Assembly (NCBI RefSeq): GCF_009914755.1
Contig: NC_060944.1
Direction: 5' to 3' (one strand)
DNA: 64,000 nt
Origin: the human T2T-CHM13v2.0 reference genome, Homo sapiens
Of the stretch, positions 61,714 to 64,000 are shown piece after piece; the stretch's first letter is position 1, and every line of letters begins with the position of its first letter. The translations under genes were made by a program, and so were the position numbers. The notes beneath the pieces were generated by a model. That model was not told where the DNA came from and did not search any database. It saw nothing but the letters and a program-made list of their open reading frames with translations.

Positions 61714-63669
61714 TGAGTGGTATATACAGGGGTATTCAATTGTATCTGTAACATTTTATTTATATATTTTTATTAGTTATAAATTATATATAAATATACA
61801 TATACATGTGTTTCTGTATGTAAGTTGTTTATAAGTTTTTAAAAGAGAAGCATGGCCTCTGTATCCTTCCGAAGCTGACTTCTCTCCCTTCCTATTACTT
61901 TGCTACGATTCACATTTGTTGTTGCTTGTGGCTGTTGTTCATTCATTTTGACTGCTGGATAGCATTCCATTGTGTAAGGATATCGGAGGATGCAAGTCCC
62001 CAAGACCTCCCCGACACTGCTGGTGGAGTGCAAATTGATGCAACCACATTGGAAAACAATTTGGCAGTATCTCATGGAGGTGAATATTCAGCAATTCCAC
62101 TCCCAGGTAAATACCCAAGAGAAACTCTTGCACACACACAGCAGCAGACATGACAAGAATGCTTATAACAGTTCTGTCCACAATAACAAAAACCTGGAAA
62201 CAACCCAAATGCTCATCAACCCGAGAAGGAATAAATACGCTTGTTTGCTGACAAAATACATTTTAAAAAATAAATAAAAGGTAAGAACTGAAGCAAGTCA
62301 GGCATAATTCTAATATAAGTTAAAACTGGATCATGGGCACATTGGTCTTTATTAATTTATTCTTTGAATGTCTGAAGTAATTCATAACAAAAAGAAATCA
62401 TGTTTTGAAAAATCTTGAATTGTAGCATCTTGGACTTAGAAGGCCTGTGATCTTTGGTGTCAGAAGGGGTTAGGGATTAGCTAGTCATGTCTGTGACATC
62501 CGGGAGCTTACCCAGCGAGCTTCCAGCCTTTGCCTGTGTACTCTCTGCAGTGGAGTGACCCAGAGTGCATGATAAGATTAACTCCAGGGGTGGGGTAGGT
62601 CAAGATACAAACATTACTCTCATCTGCAGATATTGTTCATAAGGAAGGGAAATGACCTAGAATGACACAGAAAGGGCTGATAACAAATCAGGGTGACCAA
62701 GGATGACACCTCCCCCCCGCCAACTCCACGAGGGGCTGACAAAACTGTGCCCTATCCTAGAGATAGGCTTCCGGAATGACCAGGATGGGTCAGCATAGCT
62801 AGAAAAGGGGGTCCCAGAGCAGAATGTGGTGCATGGGTCTGCCTGATAGAGGGAAGCTGGTGGGCCCAGGCCATCAGGCCAGAAAACTGCATCTTCCTCA
62901 TCCCCTCCCCTCCAGAATCTTGTCCTATTCACCAAGTCCCCTTATGTTTTATAATTCAGTCCCCCAGCCCTTCTGGGACGTCTGTACTACATTTCTCTTT
63001 AACTTGAACAGCATGCTGCCGGATGCATGCATGCCCGAACACATGGACCCTGTATTTACATATGCACATGCCTAGACCGGTGTGCACATGGGGTCCTGAG
63101 GAGTTAGTAGCTGTGGACATGCGTGTAGCTCCCCCTGGACCAAGTCCATGCCACACCATCACTGCTGCCAGATGACTCCCCAGCCTCTTCTTGGCTTCTC
63201 TGCCTTCCATCTCATCCCCTCCAAGCTCCCCATTGCAACCAGGGGTTGGGGAGACTCCTGAAATCCAGAGCTGACCCTGCCACTCCACAGCATGGATGAA
63301 TGAATGTGTGTTACAGGCACATTTCTATGCTTATGCATGTGGGCTCCTGGATCCTGTGTGTGCACATGGAGATGTGTATGTACCCTATTTCATTTTTAGA
63401 TTTATTTTATTTTTTGATTTGGTAATACCTGGACATGATAAAAGCTTCACACAATTAAAAAAGATACATAAGAAAAATCCATGTCCCAGTGGCTTTTTGA
63501 ATGGTGGAGGAAGGACTTCCAAAAATCTGCTCCTTCATAAAAGCAATGAAAATACTGGAGAAACTCTCCAATATAGTTTTTTGAAACACTGGAAATTAAA
63601 AGCTTACATTAATCTGAGGAGTGTTGATTTTAAAATAGCTGAATCTTGGTAAGACCATGAGCTTTATGA

Positions 63670-63830
63670 TGTTTTGTTTTCATTTTTCTAAGACAGGGTG
63701 TTGCTCTGTCACCCAGGCTAGAGTGCAGTGGCATGATCATGGCACGGCAGCCATAACCTCTTGGGCTCAAGCAATCCTCCCACCTCCCAGTCTCCTGAGT
63801 AGCTGGCACCACAGGCATCCACCTCCATGA
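63670..63830 (-). mobile_element. Partial Alu (right monomer)
   Basis: Reverse Alu 3' half. Confidence 0.82.
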
Positions 63831-63871
63831 TGTTTTAACCTGCCTTAATCCCATTTCTCTCTCCCTATCTC

Positions 63872-64000
63872 TGTGATATTTTTGAAAACAGTGGTATTTA
63901 GTTTTCTACCTGTTTCTTGGGATATAGCTCCTAAAACTTTTGGAATCTCCAGAGTAATTAGTGTCTTTTGTATGCTAATGACATGACTGATGAGGTAGGT
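63872..64000 (+). mobile_element. Start of a MER21-family LTR
   Basis: TGTGATATT...agctcctaaaacttttggaatctcc; runs off the window. Confidence 0.6.

Overview
Human genomic DNA from the imprinted NNAT/BLCAP locus (20q11.23), recognised from the neuronatin peptide. The first ~1.75 kb holds the end of NNAT intron 1, cassette exon 2, intron 2 and terminal exon 3 on the + strand. NNAT is nested in intron 1 of BLCAP (- strand), whose CpG-island promoter and non-coding first exon lie at ~5.4-6.5 kb. A PPIA processed pseudogene sits at ~8.1-8.8 kb. The remaining ~55 kb contains no recognisable gene and is repeat-dense: about 40 Alus, L1/L2 fragments, a truncated SVA, many solo LTRs (MER50 x2, LTR8, LTR8B, MER41 x3, MER4, MER21, MSTA), hAT DNA-transposon fossils, and an orphan CpG island with a CTCF motif at ~42.3-42.9 kb. 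Almost all ORF-track entries are spurious. I found no convincing wholly new gene system. The most interesting observations are structural: splice-site-mimic arrays and hairpin/G4 elements around the NNAT cassette exon, a probable gene-conversion tract between two MER50 LTRs, two local inverted duplications, an orphan TPRT insertion, a 19-bp degenerate array rich in forkhead/MYB-like sites, and a MER41B with intact tandem GAS sites. Repeat subfamily names are from memory of consensus sequences, and repeat boundaries are approximate unless a TSD is given.
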